The position numbers and the translations under genes are program-made. The notes below the pieces were generated by a model. That model was given only the letters and a program-made list of their open reading frames with translations, had not been told where the DNA came from and did no database searches. From NCBI RefSeq assembly GCF_001194135.2, contig NC_068982.1:142094907-142131727 (forward strand): DNA of 36,821 nucleotides, read 5' to 3'. Shown piece by piece: positions 11,276-22,727 of the stretch (position 1 is its first letter; each line of letters opens with the position of its first letter). Source of the stretch: Octopus bimaculoides (taxonomy: Eukaryota).

Positions 11276-12643
11276 TTTTTTGATGTATTCGTATGAATAT
11301 TTCTATGTATGTATGTATATATATATATACCTTTATAAATATATATNNNNNNNNNNNNNNNNNNNNNNNNNNNNNNNNNNNNNNNNNNNNNNNNNNNNNN
11401 NNNNNNNNNNNNNNNNNNNNNNNNNNNNNNNNNNNNNNNNNNNNNNNNNNNNNNNNNNNNNNNNNNNNNNNNNNNNNNNNNNNNNNNNNNNNNNNNNNNN
11501 NNNNNNNNNNNNNNNNNNNNNNNNNNNNNNNNNNNNNNNNNNNNNNNNNNNNNNNNNNNNNNNNNNNNNNNNNNNNNNNNNNNNNNNNNNNNNNNNNNNN
11601 NNNNNNNNNNNNNNNNNNNNNNNNNNNNNNNNNNNNNNNNNNNNNNNNNNNNNNNNNNNNNNNNNNNNNNNNNNNNNNNNNNNNNNNNNNNNNNNNNNNN
11701 NNNNNNNNNNNNNNNNNNNNNNNNNNNNNNNNNNNNNNNNNNNNNNNNNNNNNNNNNNNNNNNNNNNNNNNNNNNNNNNNNNNNNNNNNNNNNNNNNNNN
11801 NNNNNNNNNNNNNNNNNNNNNNNNNNNNNNNNNNNNNNNNNNNNNNNNNNNNNNNNNNNNNNNNNNNNNNNNNNNNNNNNNNNNNNNNNNNNNNNNNNNN
11901 NNNNNNNNNNNNNNNNNNNNNNNNNNNNNNNNNNNNNNNNNNNNNNNNNNNNNNNNNNNNNNNNNNNNNNNNNNNNNNNNNNNNNNNNNNNNNNNNNNNN
12001 NNNNNNNNNNNNNNNNNNNNNNNNNNNNNNNNNNNNNNNNNNNNNNNNNNNNNNNNNNNNNNNNNNNNNNNNNNNNNNNNNNNNNNNNNNNNNNNNNNNN
12101 NNNNNNNNNNNNNNNNNNNNNNNNNNNNNNNNNNNNNNNNNNNNNNNNNNNNNNNNNNNNNNNNNNNNNNNNNNNNNNNNNNNNNNNNNNNNNTATGTAT
12201 ATACATATATGTATATACATATATATACATGTACATATATATATGCATATGACTTTATGTATATATGCATGCGTGTGTATGTTAATCATTCTTTATAAAA
12301 TATATTTATCGATTCAATCATATACAAATGAAAACATCCTTTATATTTATAGACAGAGATGTTGCATATTTATCTGCCTGATTACGAATGTACACTTACA
12401 TATCCATAAACTCATACTCATACGCGCTCAAACACATAGTCGTACACACATACATACATGCACACGCACATACATACATACACATACAACGCATTCACAC
12501 GCACGGAATAAACACGCACAGCGTGCGCACTCTGATGTTGTAACACCATATAATTCTTTCAAAATGTTGGGCAATCCCTCCTTTACATATATTAAATAAT
12601 TCCTTTGAGATATTTTCAGCTGAGAAAAAATAACCATTATATA

Positions 12644-13053
12644 TTTTACTACTCTTTTACTTGTTTTAGTGATTTGACTGTGGCCATTCTGGAGCACCGC
12701 TTTTAGTCTAGCAAGTCGACCCCAGGACTTATTCTTTGTAAGCTTAGAAGTAATTACATCGAACCTCTTTTGCCGAACGGCTAAGTTACGGGATGTAAAC
12801 ACACCAGCATCGGTTGCTAAGCGATGCTGGGGGTACAAACACAGGCACATAAACATACACACACACACACACACACATATATGCATATATATGACGGGCG
12901 TCTTTCAGTTTCCCTCTACCAAATACACTCACAAGGCTTTGGTCGACCTGAGGCTATAGTAGAAGACACTTGCCCAAGGTGCCACGCAGTGGGACTGAAC
13001 CCAGAACCATGTGGTTGGTAAGCAAGCTACTTACCACAAAGCCACTCCTGCGC
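12644..13053 (-). mobile_element. SINE family A, full length: tRNA-like head, body, internal (TA/TG)n microsatellite, LINE-like 3' tail
   Basis: Minus strand GCGCAGGAGTGGCTTTGTGGTAAG...GGGTTCAGTCCC head, microsatellite at about 12845-12892, tail GCGGTGCTCCAGAATGGCCACAGTCAAATCACTAAAACAAGTAAAAGAG. It probably belongs to one of the described octopus tRNA-derived SINE families (OK/OR1/OR2), but I cannot assign which. Confidence 0.92.
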
Positions 13054-13482
13054 TTGCTACATATATNNNNNNNNNNNNNNNNNNNNNNNNNNNNNNNNNN
13101 NNNNNNNNNNNNNNNNNNNNNNNNNNNNNNNNNNNNNNNNNNNNNNNNNNNNNNNNNNNNNNNNNNNNNNNNNNNNNNNNNNNNNNNNNNNNNNNNNNNN
13201 NNNNNNNNNNNNNNNNNTATATATATATATATATATATATCGAGGCATACAAGGTGATATGTCATATATAAATACATGTATATATACATAGATATACGTG
13301 TGTGTATGTGTGTGTATGTGTGTGAATATTCCTATATTATAAAATATTGGTATAAGTGTACACTATATATTGTATATATGAGTATATGTATGTGTATATG
13401 TGTGTAAATGTATACACGCATGCACATATATATGTATATGGACATCTACAGATATATATATTTGTATATCAATCTACATGCT

Positions 13483-13484
13483 TC

Positions 13485-13531
<47 letters not shown>
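13483..13531. repeat. (CT)n microsatellite
   Basis: Seen directly. Confidence 0.95.
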
Positions 13532-13535
<4 letters not shown>

Positions 13536-15331
13536 GTTTACGTATCGGCGTTTCTATTGATCTGTCTTTCTCTCTATTTATCCTCCTCTGTGCGTATATA
13601 CATGTATGTGTATATTTATTTGCGTAAATCGCTGCATGTGTGCATAACATATTCCGTTCGCGCGTCTGTCTTCTATGCGCGTATGTTTATATACATTTAC
13701 GTACGTCTATATGCACATATTGATAGATATATTCATAAAGATAACAATCGGTAAACAGTGATAAATTCTACAAAATATTACTTGTGCCGTCTCTCTCTTC
13801 TTTCTCTTTCCACTTTTCTAATTTTCTTCTTCCCTCTGTCTATTCGTCCACAATTCTTATTCAGTTACATGCACACATATTACCTCTCTTATAAACGTTT
13901 ATTCTCTCTCTCTATCTTCTGTAAAACCCTCCCTCGTCTACGCTAACCCTACCATTTTAAGCTTTGACCCAGCACATTCCCTTGCTTCCTCTTTACCACT
14001 ACAAACCTTTGCATGCAACATTTTACTTTTATTATATTTATTTTTCTCTTCTTTTCTTTCATATCGTTCACGGTCTTTGATTTCGTTCAGTAAGCGACTT
14101 GATAAATAGGCGATGGCAATTCTTTTCCGCATTATTTGGTCTATTGTTAATGTACAGAGCAGATCAATTACAAATAGCATGCATATCACCAATAGCAGCA
14201 GTGACATTGCCAGCAGTAATAGCATCACAGCAACATAGCACTCATCCACTGTGGTAATTTCGAAAATTGCTGCATACACGCTAGTAGCAGCATGAAAAGC
14301 AGTATCAGCAATGGTTTCTCCAATGTTCTTACCTCAATACGGTACCAAATGGAGGGACTAAACGTATATTAACAACCAGTTGCTATGGAAGCATTATGAA
14401 TATAGCAGTGATTTGCATGTTTGAGTTATAAGCTTATACATACTTGAAGTCTCCAAAGGCTACAGGCAAACCAACCGAGATATCGATAGTTTGTATCTTG
14501 TAAACGGCTTTTAGGAACCAAATGACTCGGGTTACTTTACTGTGTATAGGTACCAAATGATAAAGAAACAATAGAAAGAATATACAATACGCCGCTGTAG
14601 GCAGCGACTAGTCTGTAAAATTTACAATGTCTTGTAATGTTTTCTCAGGCATTAAGTAATTAAATACACAGCAGTGGTGAGATAGAACAAAGCAGTTTTT
14701 ATTCCCTTGAATGTTCACGTGGCGTTTATTTATGTTAAGACAGCGTACAAGTCACAAGAAATATTGTTAGGCTTCTCTAAAATATAGAACTTTTGTTGTT
14801 AGACAAAACAAAATGTATGTAAAAGGTTCCTGCATAAATCTTCGTTATCTTAAAGGGTGAAATTAAAACACTAATGCACTACGTACTACTACTGCAACGT
14901 GCATCACCACAGTTTGCTATACAATATCACGCTACATTAAAACTTTCATAACAATGTAAAATAAAATCTAAAACAATCCACCGATTGAGCAGCTATGTGG
15001 TTGATCGACGTGCTGTAAATAGGAAATAAATATCATTCACACCAACGTCTTCTATCACTCACAAACAAACAAAAAAGATGAATAATACACTAGATGTAGC
15101 GTTGTTGTTGTTGGTATTTTAAAAATTGTACAGATCAAACTTGATCCATGCCACTCCTGTCACGTACCATGTTTGACCTGTGGTTAAACAACAACTATAA
15201 AAAAGCAAGCAATCACTAAAACACGGAAATATAAACACCGCATATCGACCACGTTCCAGTATGCTTAGTGAAAATCTCATTACCGTATACCAATAACATT
15301 TACAATCACCACCACTACAACAACGACAACT

Positions 15332-15339
15332 GCTACTCA

Positions 15340-15405
<66 letters not shown>
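15332..15405. repeat. (TAC)n trinucleotide microsatellite
   Basis: Seen directly; it is the source of the poly-Ser ORF at 15119-15433. Confidence 0.95.
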
Positions 15406-15984
15406 CACGACGTCTACTTTTGAATCTACTCATCAGAAAGTTTCAACGGTATTAAGTATTGAAGAATGACTAAATATTTTCGACGTCAACGATTTTTTTC
15501 TCTTTATTCTTGGCATTATTTCATCGGAGATAAAAATATCATCAAAGGCGTAGACAACATTTAAAGTAAACGTCTGGCAAAGTCAGAAAGCGAGTTTATT
15601 TATCCTTATCCTCAGCATCTTAAAGGAGTTTGACGAGGCTATTTCATGTTATCCACTCTTGTTGATCTTTAAGCATACAATGACTTCTACATCCATAAAA
15701 AAAATTTATATATGGCTTTTTTGGTTCCAATAAATTCACAGTCAAATAGTCTTGCCTAGCTTAAGGTACACTTACATAGTTACATTACCCATATATCTAT
15801 CATCTAAGGAAACTGATCCAAGATAAAAGATTTATATTAGTACATACTTGATCAACCATTTCTGTTCTTAACAACAGCATCAGGCAACATCAAATTTTTC
15901 ATTGGATTATAAAATCGCACCACTCACAATGATACAAGAACATTAGGAAGGATTTCCGACACCACTATAAGATTTATTGAATAC

Positions 15985-16170
15985 ATACAAAGTATAGTCA
16001 ATAAAACCAGATTATGTTGAAACACACCAAAAGAATTTTCAGGTGGCATTTTTTTTATAATCACAATCGGTTAAAACAACCTGAGAGTAATCACACATTG
16101 CGCATGTCCTAACTGGATTCCAAGTCTCTCCACAATAGCCACAATAGACTACAATGAAATCACCAGGAAC
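15985..16170 (-). mobile_element. Possible decayed AP-endonuclease domain of a LINE (RTE/CR1-like)
   Basis: The minus frame VPGDFIVV...ETWNPVRTCAMC...VLTDCDYKKNAT*...GFIDYTL echoes the APE motifs GDFN, KxTW and IDY in order; motif spacing is imperfect. Confidence 0.3.
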
Positions 16171-16254
16171 AAAGGAATACGCAGACAAACACACGCGCGC
16201 ACATGCAAAACTGCAAGCCTGTAAAATTATTTACTACCTCAGATGTAGAAAAGA

Positions 16255-17235
16255 AGGCAGTAACTATTGATTACATGAACATCAAAGAAAAAATGTAATA
16301 CTAGCAATAGATAAAGAAGACGCAAACTCATGTGATGGCCCCTTGGATTCCCAGTAAACCTTCTTAAGTTACGTAAACAAGCCCTTGCAAAACCACTACA
16401 GCTTCTTTTTCAAAGCCTGCAAGTAGCAAGCTCTAAGGCAAACTTAAGAGGGAATAATATGCCCTATTCATAAAGGAGAGTGTAGAGCAGACGCTAAAAT
16501 TATAGGCCTATTATAGGCCTAGTTCTCTGACCTCAAGCATCAGTAAAGTCATGGAACGAATAGTTCAAAGGAAACTAATAATATTCATTGAGGAGAATGA
16601 TTTACTGACTAACACCTAGCACGGTTTTAGACCAGGTAGAAACTGCCTGATACAGCACTTGCAGCACTACGATTGGGTGTTACGATTGTGTTGAAGCAAT
16701 CCAGCGGAGCGTCACGAAGAAGATAGTCTTATTGCAAAAGCTCAGCTACTGGGAAAGGCTGAAACAGCTTAGACTCTACTCTCTGGAGCGAAGACGGGAA
16801 ATACATCCAATAATATACATCTGGAAGATCCCGGAAGGGATTGTGCCAAATTTTGGCATTGAAAGCTTTACAAATGATAGATGGAGTTGCCACTGCACAG
16901 TGCCAAAGATCCCACCAATGCCGTCTAGCTTCAAGACCAGTTACAGCAACAGCCTGTGTTTCAAGGGCCCAAAGCTTGTTAATATTTTCCCAAAGAGCCT
17001 GAGGCACCTACACGAAGTGCATGTAGATATTTTAAAAACAAAACTGGATCCTACACTGTCGAGAGTCCCAGATGAGCCCATCTCGCGGCAGGAGGCGCAG
17101 ATGAGGGCGCGACATCAAATTCCCTTATTCACCAAATGCCACATATCAGATATGGCGCTCAATAATAACGGTGTATAGCAAAAAAGGCGATGTTCCAGCA
17201 TGGCCACAGCATTGAGGTGAAACTGATAAAAAAGA
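16255..17235 (+). mobile_element. CR1-clade LINE ORF2 relic with 3' end, RT core deleted
   Basis: Reads NVILAIDKEDANSCDGP, CPIHKGECRADAK, SLTSSISKVMERIVQRK...T*HGFRPGRNCLIQHLQHYDWV (RT N-terminal motifs), then jumps to VEAIQRSVTKKI..QKLSYWERLKQLRLYSLERRR..IIYIWKIPEGIVPN...LDPTLSRVPDEP (CR1-type C-terminus). The 3' end is AGGCGATGTTCCAGCATGGCCACAG...TGAAACTGATAAAAAAGA. Confidence 0.85.
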
Positions 17236-17248
17236 TATATATATATGT

Positions 17249-17249
<1 letters not shown>

Positions 17250-17280
<31 letters not shown>

Positions 17281-17390
17281 ACACACGGACGCACGCACAC
17301 ACACACGCACGCACACACATACGCACACACACGCACACACACGCACACACACGTACACACACACGCACCCACACGCACGCACACACACAC
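17250..17390. repeat. (CA)n/(CACG)n compound microsatellite
   Basis: Seen directly, immediately after the LINE tail. Confidence 0.95.
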
Positions 17391-17577
17391 ATGTTCCGAT
17401 TGTGAGCGCTAGAACAGAGATGCAAGATTCGAATGTATCAAAGACGAAGCTAACCACGAAGGCTGCCTTCTTGAAAAAACATGAATNNNNNNNNNNNNNN
17501 NNNNNNNNNNNNNNNNNNNNNNNNNNNNNNNNNNNNNNNNNNNNNNNNNNNNNNNNNNNNNNNNNNNNNNNNNNNNN

Positions 17578-17716
17578 TATTAGTATAATGCTCAGGAATT
17601 GAAAAAGTCTTTAATGTTTCGAGCCTACGCTCTTCCACAGAAAGGAACAGAGAAAGAAACAAGGAGAGAAACAAAGAGAGAAAAAAATTTGTGTAGTGGT
17701 TAGCGACATATGGCGA
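17578..17716 (-). mobile_element. Penelope-type repeat family P1 with hammerhead-like motif (3' part in gap)
   Basis: Minus strand 17644-17609: CTTT-CTGTGGA-A-GAGC GTAG GCTC-GAAA-CATT-AAAG, with a perfect stem II and a 4-bp stem I. Confidence 0.7.
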
Positions 17717-18090
17717 ATGCCATAGATATGCGACTCGCTCTCTCTTTCACTATTTCCGCCATCCCACCTCTCTCTCTCTCTGTCTATGTACAGTGATGTA
17801 TTCAAGGATTTCACTTACTTAAGAGTTGATTTCTTAATTTCACCGGAGTATAAACACCTATAATGGTGATATTTAAAAAAAAACAATTTAAATCAAACTT
17901 ACAAATTCCCGATAAGCAAGTTCAGTCAAACACTTACGAAGCTTAATTCAGTTCAATTAAAGTTTTTAATTCAGTTCAATTAAAAACTATGGTAAGCAAT
18001 GCATTGTAAGCCACACTATAATTTGCAAAAAGATTTGTCTGCGTACAGGGTATGCAATTCCACCTCCAATACCTTTCCTCTTTTTCATTG

Positions 18091-18295
18091 TTTCTAACTT
18101 AGGGACGATACCAGTAACTTTGTGGCAGGTGGGGTATTGAATATCATTGGCCTTTGTACTTGACTGATAATTTAGCGACTCTGAAAGGATGAAAAGCAAA
18201 GCTGACCTTTGTGAGCTTTGAACACAGACACCAAGCAATAGTGCCAAAACAAATACTGCAAAAGCTTTCGACCCTGCATTTACGATACTGACAAT
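18091..18295 (-). mobile_element. SINE family C, diverged copy
   Basis: GTACTT...AATTTAGCGACTCTGAAAGGATGAAAAGCAAAGCTGACC...TTTGAACACAGA aligns with 19283-19350. Confidence 0.65.
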
Positions 18296-19204
18296 TGTGT
18301 ATATAAGTATATATAGTATATGTACGCATGTGTATGAATGTAAATTGATGGAGAGGTGGTGGAATGTTTGTGCCTGAGTGTACATGCTACAATAAGTAAA
18401 TACGTATATAAAAATATGTCTGCGTATGTGGTAACTATGAATGTTAATTTCTACAATCCGTTTCTGGCTGTCCGCTAGAGAGAAATTTAGTGACGGAGGA
18501 AATTTACGTTTATATGTTCATGCCAGCTTCCGTATTCAATAGGTTAACGCCCCTAGAACTTACTTTTATGTTTAGTACTTATCGTTTTATTCATTAACTC
18601 CGAGCGTGAACTTTAGTCATGTTGATACAAAACATGTTTTCTCTGCGTTTGTCCAGCCTTACATCTTGCTGGGTTTTTTTCCCCTCATCTAAAACCATTA
18701 TGTCCGTCTGCAATATGTCGACGAACAGAAGCAATTACTTGATAAGGTGGAGTAACACCGAAATTTAATCTTATTACGGTTGTGAATCTTATAGCTCTGA
18801 GGCACTGCAAATCATATTGTTCTTTAATGTGATGTATCAAAAGTTCCTTTTTCAATTTATTTCTCACAAGAGATTTGAATAGAAGACGATATTTTCATTT
18901 TTAATTACATATAAATATTGATTGAGCGCTTTTCTAGGTTATACATCGATAAATATTTTCAGGATGGTAACCTATTTAGTTCACACGAATATTACTTTCG
19001 TAGACATATTACCCTTATGGATCTAAATTTCAGGAGTGGAATTTACGAGGGTCACATGGATAGACGGGTTTTATCCTAATTGGTGCAAAATCGCTTATTT
19101 CGCCTAGTTGATTTGGAACCTGTGTCCATATGACTAAGTTCTATTCGTTAAAATGGAACAGGAAATGCTTCAAATCTTCGACTTGGCCGTCTTTATGAAG
19201 TGTA

Positions 19205-19419
19205 TTCTTTCCTACTCTAGGCACAACGCCCGAAATTTTGGGGGAGGGGGCCAGTCAATTAGATCACCCCCAGTACGCAACTAGTACTTAATTTATTGAC
19301 CCCGAAAGGATGAAAGGCAAAGTCTACCTCGGCGGAATTTGAACTCAGAATGTAAAGACAGACGTAATACTGCTAAGCGTTACCCCGGCGTGCTAACGTT
19401 TCTGCCAGCTCGCCGCCTT
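19205..19419 (-). mobile_element. tRNA-derived SINE family C, full length
   Basis: Minus strand AAGGCGGCGAGCTGGCAGAAACGTTAGCACGCCGG (A box) ... GAGTTCAAATTCCGCCGAGG (B box), central TTTGCCTTTCATCCTTTCGGGGTCAATAAATTAAGTAC, tail ...CCTAGAGTAGGAAAGAA; co-linear with 23831-24037. Confidence 0.9.
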
Positions 19420-19763
19420 CTTTATGACGTGTATGAGCACAGAAACCAAATTCTGTTGCCCGTGAGAATAGAAATGCTGTGAGGCTGTCTGTACTGGTAC
19501 CATTTTTCTTTTAATGTGGTGGATCGAAATTGTGCCTCTGTTTTATTTCTCACTTGAGACATGTTTCGTAGCGAATTTTATATAATTACCCATTATTATT
19601 GTTTGAATCCTCTTCTGGGCTATATATCGAATAAAATTCATGGGGGTTTATACCTACCTACCAACCTACCAACCTACCTACCTACTAACCTACATATTTA
19701 CATACATACCTACATACATGCATACATACATACATACATGCTCACATACATACATACCTATAG

Positions 19764-19795
<32 letters not shown>

Positions 19796-19819
19796 CATGT
19801 GCATACATGAGCATATACG

Positions 19820-19923
19820 GACTACAAGAGAAGACACTTGCCCAAGGTGTCACGCAGTGAGATTGAACCCGGAACTATGTTATTGGAGAGCAAGCATCTT
19901 ACTACATGGCCACGCCTGCGCCT
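19820..19923 (-). mobile_element. SINE family A head fragment
   Basis: AGAAGACACTTGCCCAAGGTGTCACGCAGTGAGATTGAACCCGGAACTATGT...GCCACGCCTGCGCC matches 12960-13053. Confidence 0.85.
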
Positions 19924-20076
19924 ATAATATACGAAAATCTATTTACCCTTAAGTACGTAAGCTTTCTCTTAGTAGTATCATCATTCGAAGGAGAGTGGTG
20001 TACGATGAAACACGAATAACTATATATAAGTTTGAAAAGGCAGTAATCTATTGGCATCGTCGTCGTCTTTGCCGTC

Positions 20077-20077
<1 letters not shown>

Positions 20078-20112
<35 letters not shown>

Positions 20113-20122
20113 TTAATTTTTA

Positions 20123-20163
<41 letters not shown>

Positions 20164-20247
20164 GCTGTTATTATTGTTATTGTTATTATTATTATTATTA
20201 TTATTATTGTTATTATTATTATTAGTATTATTACTATTATTTGTCTG

Positions 20248-20281
<34 letters not shown>

Positions 20282-20305
20282 AGTGTGTGTGTGTGTGTGT
20301 GTGTG
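20078..20305. repeat. Compound (AAT)n-(ATT)n-(TG)n microsatellite
   Basis: Seen directly: (AAT)n 20078-20111, spacer, (ATT/GTT)n 20125-20224, (TG)n about 20247-20305. Confidence 0.95.
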
Positions 20306-20658
20306 CGTGTCTTTGTAAGAATGATACTGCATGACTTCTGATGGGAGTGTCGTATAATTTCTGTCTTCAAATTCGTATCCCTTTTTCAATGCTATCCCAT
20401 TTACTCTTTCTATTCACTAAAAGTTCCCCCCCAAATCCAAAATTAAATATTCACCATTACCAATAATTATTGCTTTCCTCAATAAAAATTTACTTTTCAT
20501 ACTCTAACTAATTTCTACAGTATATCTTCTATTGAATAGAAATCTATATAAAGCCATGAGAGGCTCCATTATATGTATAGCTTCGATAAACCTTCTGGCA
20601 ATAACTCAGAATCTGGGAAATTATTTAATATATACACATATTTATACATGTTACACGC

Positions 20659-20697
<39 letters not shown>

Positions 20698-21597
20698 TAC
20701 ACACGCGCGCATACACATGTATATATATATATATATTTTTTCCTTTATGCATAGGCACACATACACACATATCCATATGCAGCATCCTCGTTCATGAGAC
20801 TTGTCTGAAGTGGGTTAATATCCATGTTATTGCCGATTCTACTAAATATGGATACGCAGAGTATATCAATATCCATCATATGAATTAATGTAACTAATAA
20901 TACAATCTCTATACCTTTTCGCTTCGTCTCTTCTGCTTTTTTCTTTGTTAATCTCTCTTTCTGTCTTTTGCAAGCTATTTCTCTCTGTTTCTAATTAAAT
21001 TTTCTGCGCCTTGCTAACTAAACGTTTTATACCATTAGTTGTTCTATTACGTTTGCCTTGCAGTTAACTAAATACAGTTCATTTTGATTATTGTTCACGT
21101 TAACAAGAACAAATTGCACCCATTGCATTCATCTTAATTTATGTGAAAATAATTATACTATTGCATCAACTGAACTGAGAGCACGTTGCTTCATAGCTCT
21201 ACAACACGCTAGATGCTACGTAAGAAATAATGAAACACCCAGTGTTATGTTGAGAAGTTTTTCTTTCAGGCACGGTCTGCCTCGTTAAAACTTAAAGATC
21301 ACATTTAAACACTACTTTGTCCTAGAAACCGATAACAATACGTTGCAGGTCAAGGCTGGTATACGTTTAGCCATACATCTACTTCATTAAGGTTGATATG
21401 AGATTAAACCAATTAACAGGCTAATCTTTCATTTATTCCATAATCGACACAAGAAAATCTCATAACAGTCGTTCATCCTGCTAGACACAGCAGTCGAGCG
21501 GTAGAAAAATATCCCTATGAAGTTTCTCTCACAAAGAAAGATATAAGTTTATGTAATACTGGATATAAGAATAACTACAGCAGTAATAATAATAATA

Positions 21598-21920
21598 ATT
21601 GATATTACGTTCCCCCTTTGACCCACGGATAGTTAAGAAAGAAGGCGAAAAATAGACATATACAACCTGTTAATGTACCAAGTATTCTGACTATGGAAGA
21701 TGAAAAAAGTGATGATAGTGCAAATCATTGTTGGGGGAATTGGAGACAATAGCAAAAGCTATTGAGAGGAATATAAAGGAAATAGGAATAAAGTGTTAAG
21801 TAGAGTTGTTGCAAAAAGTTTGCTTATTTGGCACAGCCAAAATCCTCAGGGGAGTATTAGATAGTTCAAGAGAGTGAATAGGCTGCAGGTAGCAAGCACG
21901 CCCAACCAGAAACCGCCAGG
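21598..21920 (+). mobile_element. R4/Dong-like RLE LINE, 5'-truncated 3' end (copy D1)
   Basis: Reads IDITFP/FDPRIVKKEGEK...LWKMKKVMIVQIIVGG/LETIAKAIERNIKEIGIKC*VELLQKVCLFGTAKILRGVLD, the C-terminal RLE end. It is preceded by (AAT)n at 21584-21599. Confidence 0.75.
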
Positions 21921-21939
21921 AATATATGATGAAAAATAT

Positions 21940-22320
21940 AATAATTAACTGCAGAATGTGTGGTGATGGGTATGAAATACTAAATCGTATTGTCTCTGGC
22001 TGTCTAGTACTGGCTAAAATGGAATATAACCATAGACATGATAGAGTTGTGACTTATATACACTGAAAGCTACGCCAACACTATGAAATGACAACAGAAA
22101 AACGTGGTATAGGCATATCGCAGAAAAATGACAATGCAACCACATTATGGGAGATGCCAATGTATCTCAAAAGAAAAGGAGAAATTCTCAAAATGCAAAG
22201 ATCTGGAAATAGAGATTTCCTGAATGTGGTTCCTAAAAACGGAAACAATCCCCATAATAATAGGTGCATTAGGTACGATTACAAATCATAGATATACATC
22301 ACCACAACACCAGGACTTAC

Positions 22321-22381
<61 letters not shown>

Positions 22382-22725
22382 TGTGTATTTCTTCTATCTT
22401 AATGAATAAAAATTCTTCTGATAGAATAAATGGGTTAATAGAAACCAATGTAGCAAAGAACACAAAATAACTGTGGTTAGCTCCTGTTTTTAAGGCAGGA
22501 ACTCCTTGAAATTTTGGGTATTTGAGTATATTTAAGAGTTATATATATAGCATAGAGAAAAAGCACTACTAAGCGCCGCACGCATCTTAGGCAAAGCACT
22601 TTCAATACAGTGAAAATACCAACACCAAAACAAAACCTCAGTCAATATCCAAAGCAAACTGAGCTGCGCTCGGTAGTGCAGTGAATGCACGTGATCAAAA
22701 TAAGGGTACTGAATAATAATGATAA
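21940..22725 (+). mobile_element. R4/Dong-like RLE LINE, 3' portion (copy D2), internally deleted and interrupted at 22323-22540
   Basis: Zinc knuckle NCRMCGDGYEILNRIVSGCLVLAKMEYNHRHDRVVTYIH*KL, then NATTLWEMP, MWFLKTETIPIIIGALGTI and, after the insertion, IEKKALLSAARILGKALSIQ*. The 3' UTR ends GTACTG followed by AATAATAAT. Confidence 0.8.
22323..22376. repeat. (TA)n microsatellite inside D2
   Basis: Seen directly. Confidence 0.95.
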
Positions 22726-22727
22726 AA

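Noticed and set aside
2823-13289. Long ORFs (150-448 aa) in the six-frame track
   Set aside because: They are mostly X residues from N-gaps plus YI/TH/CV repeats from microsatellites, so they are not evidence of coding.
13938-14279. 113-aa ORF with a hydrophobic N-terminus and charged C-terminus
   Set aside because: The composition is explained by (AGC/AAT)-like and purine-rich low complexity; no domain recognised.
15405-15440. CTGATGAG on the minus strand (hammerhead core word)
   Set aside because: No stem II and no GAAA follow it.
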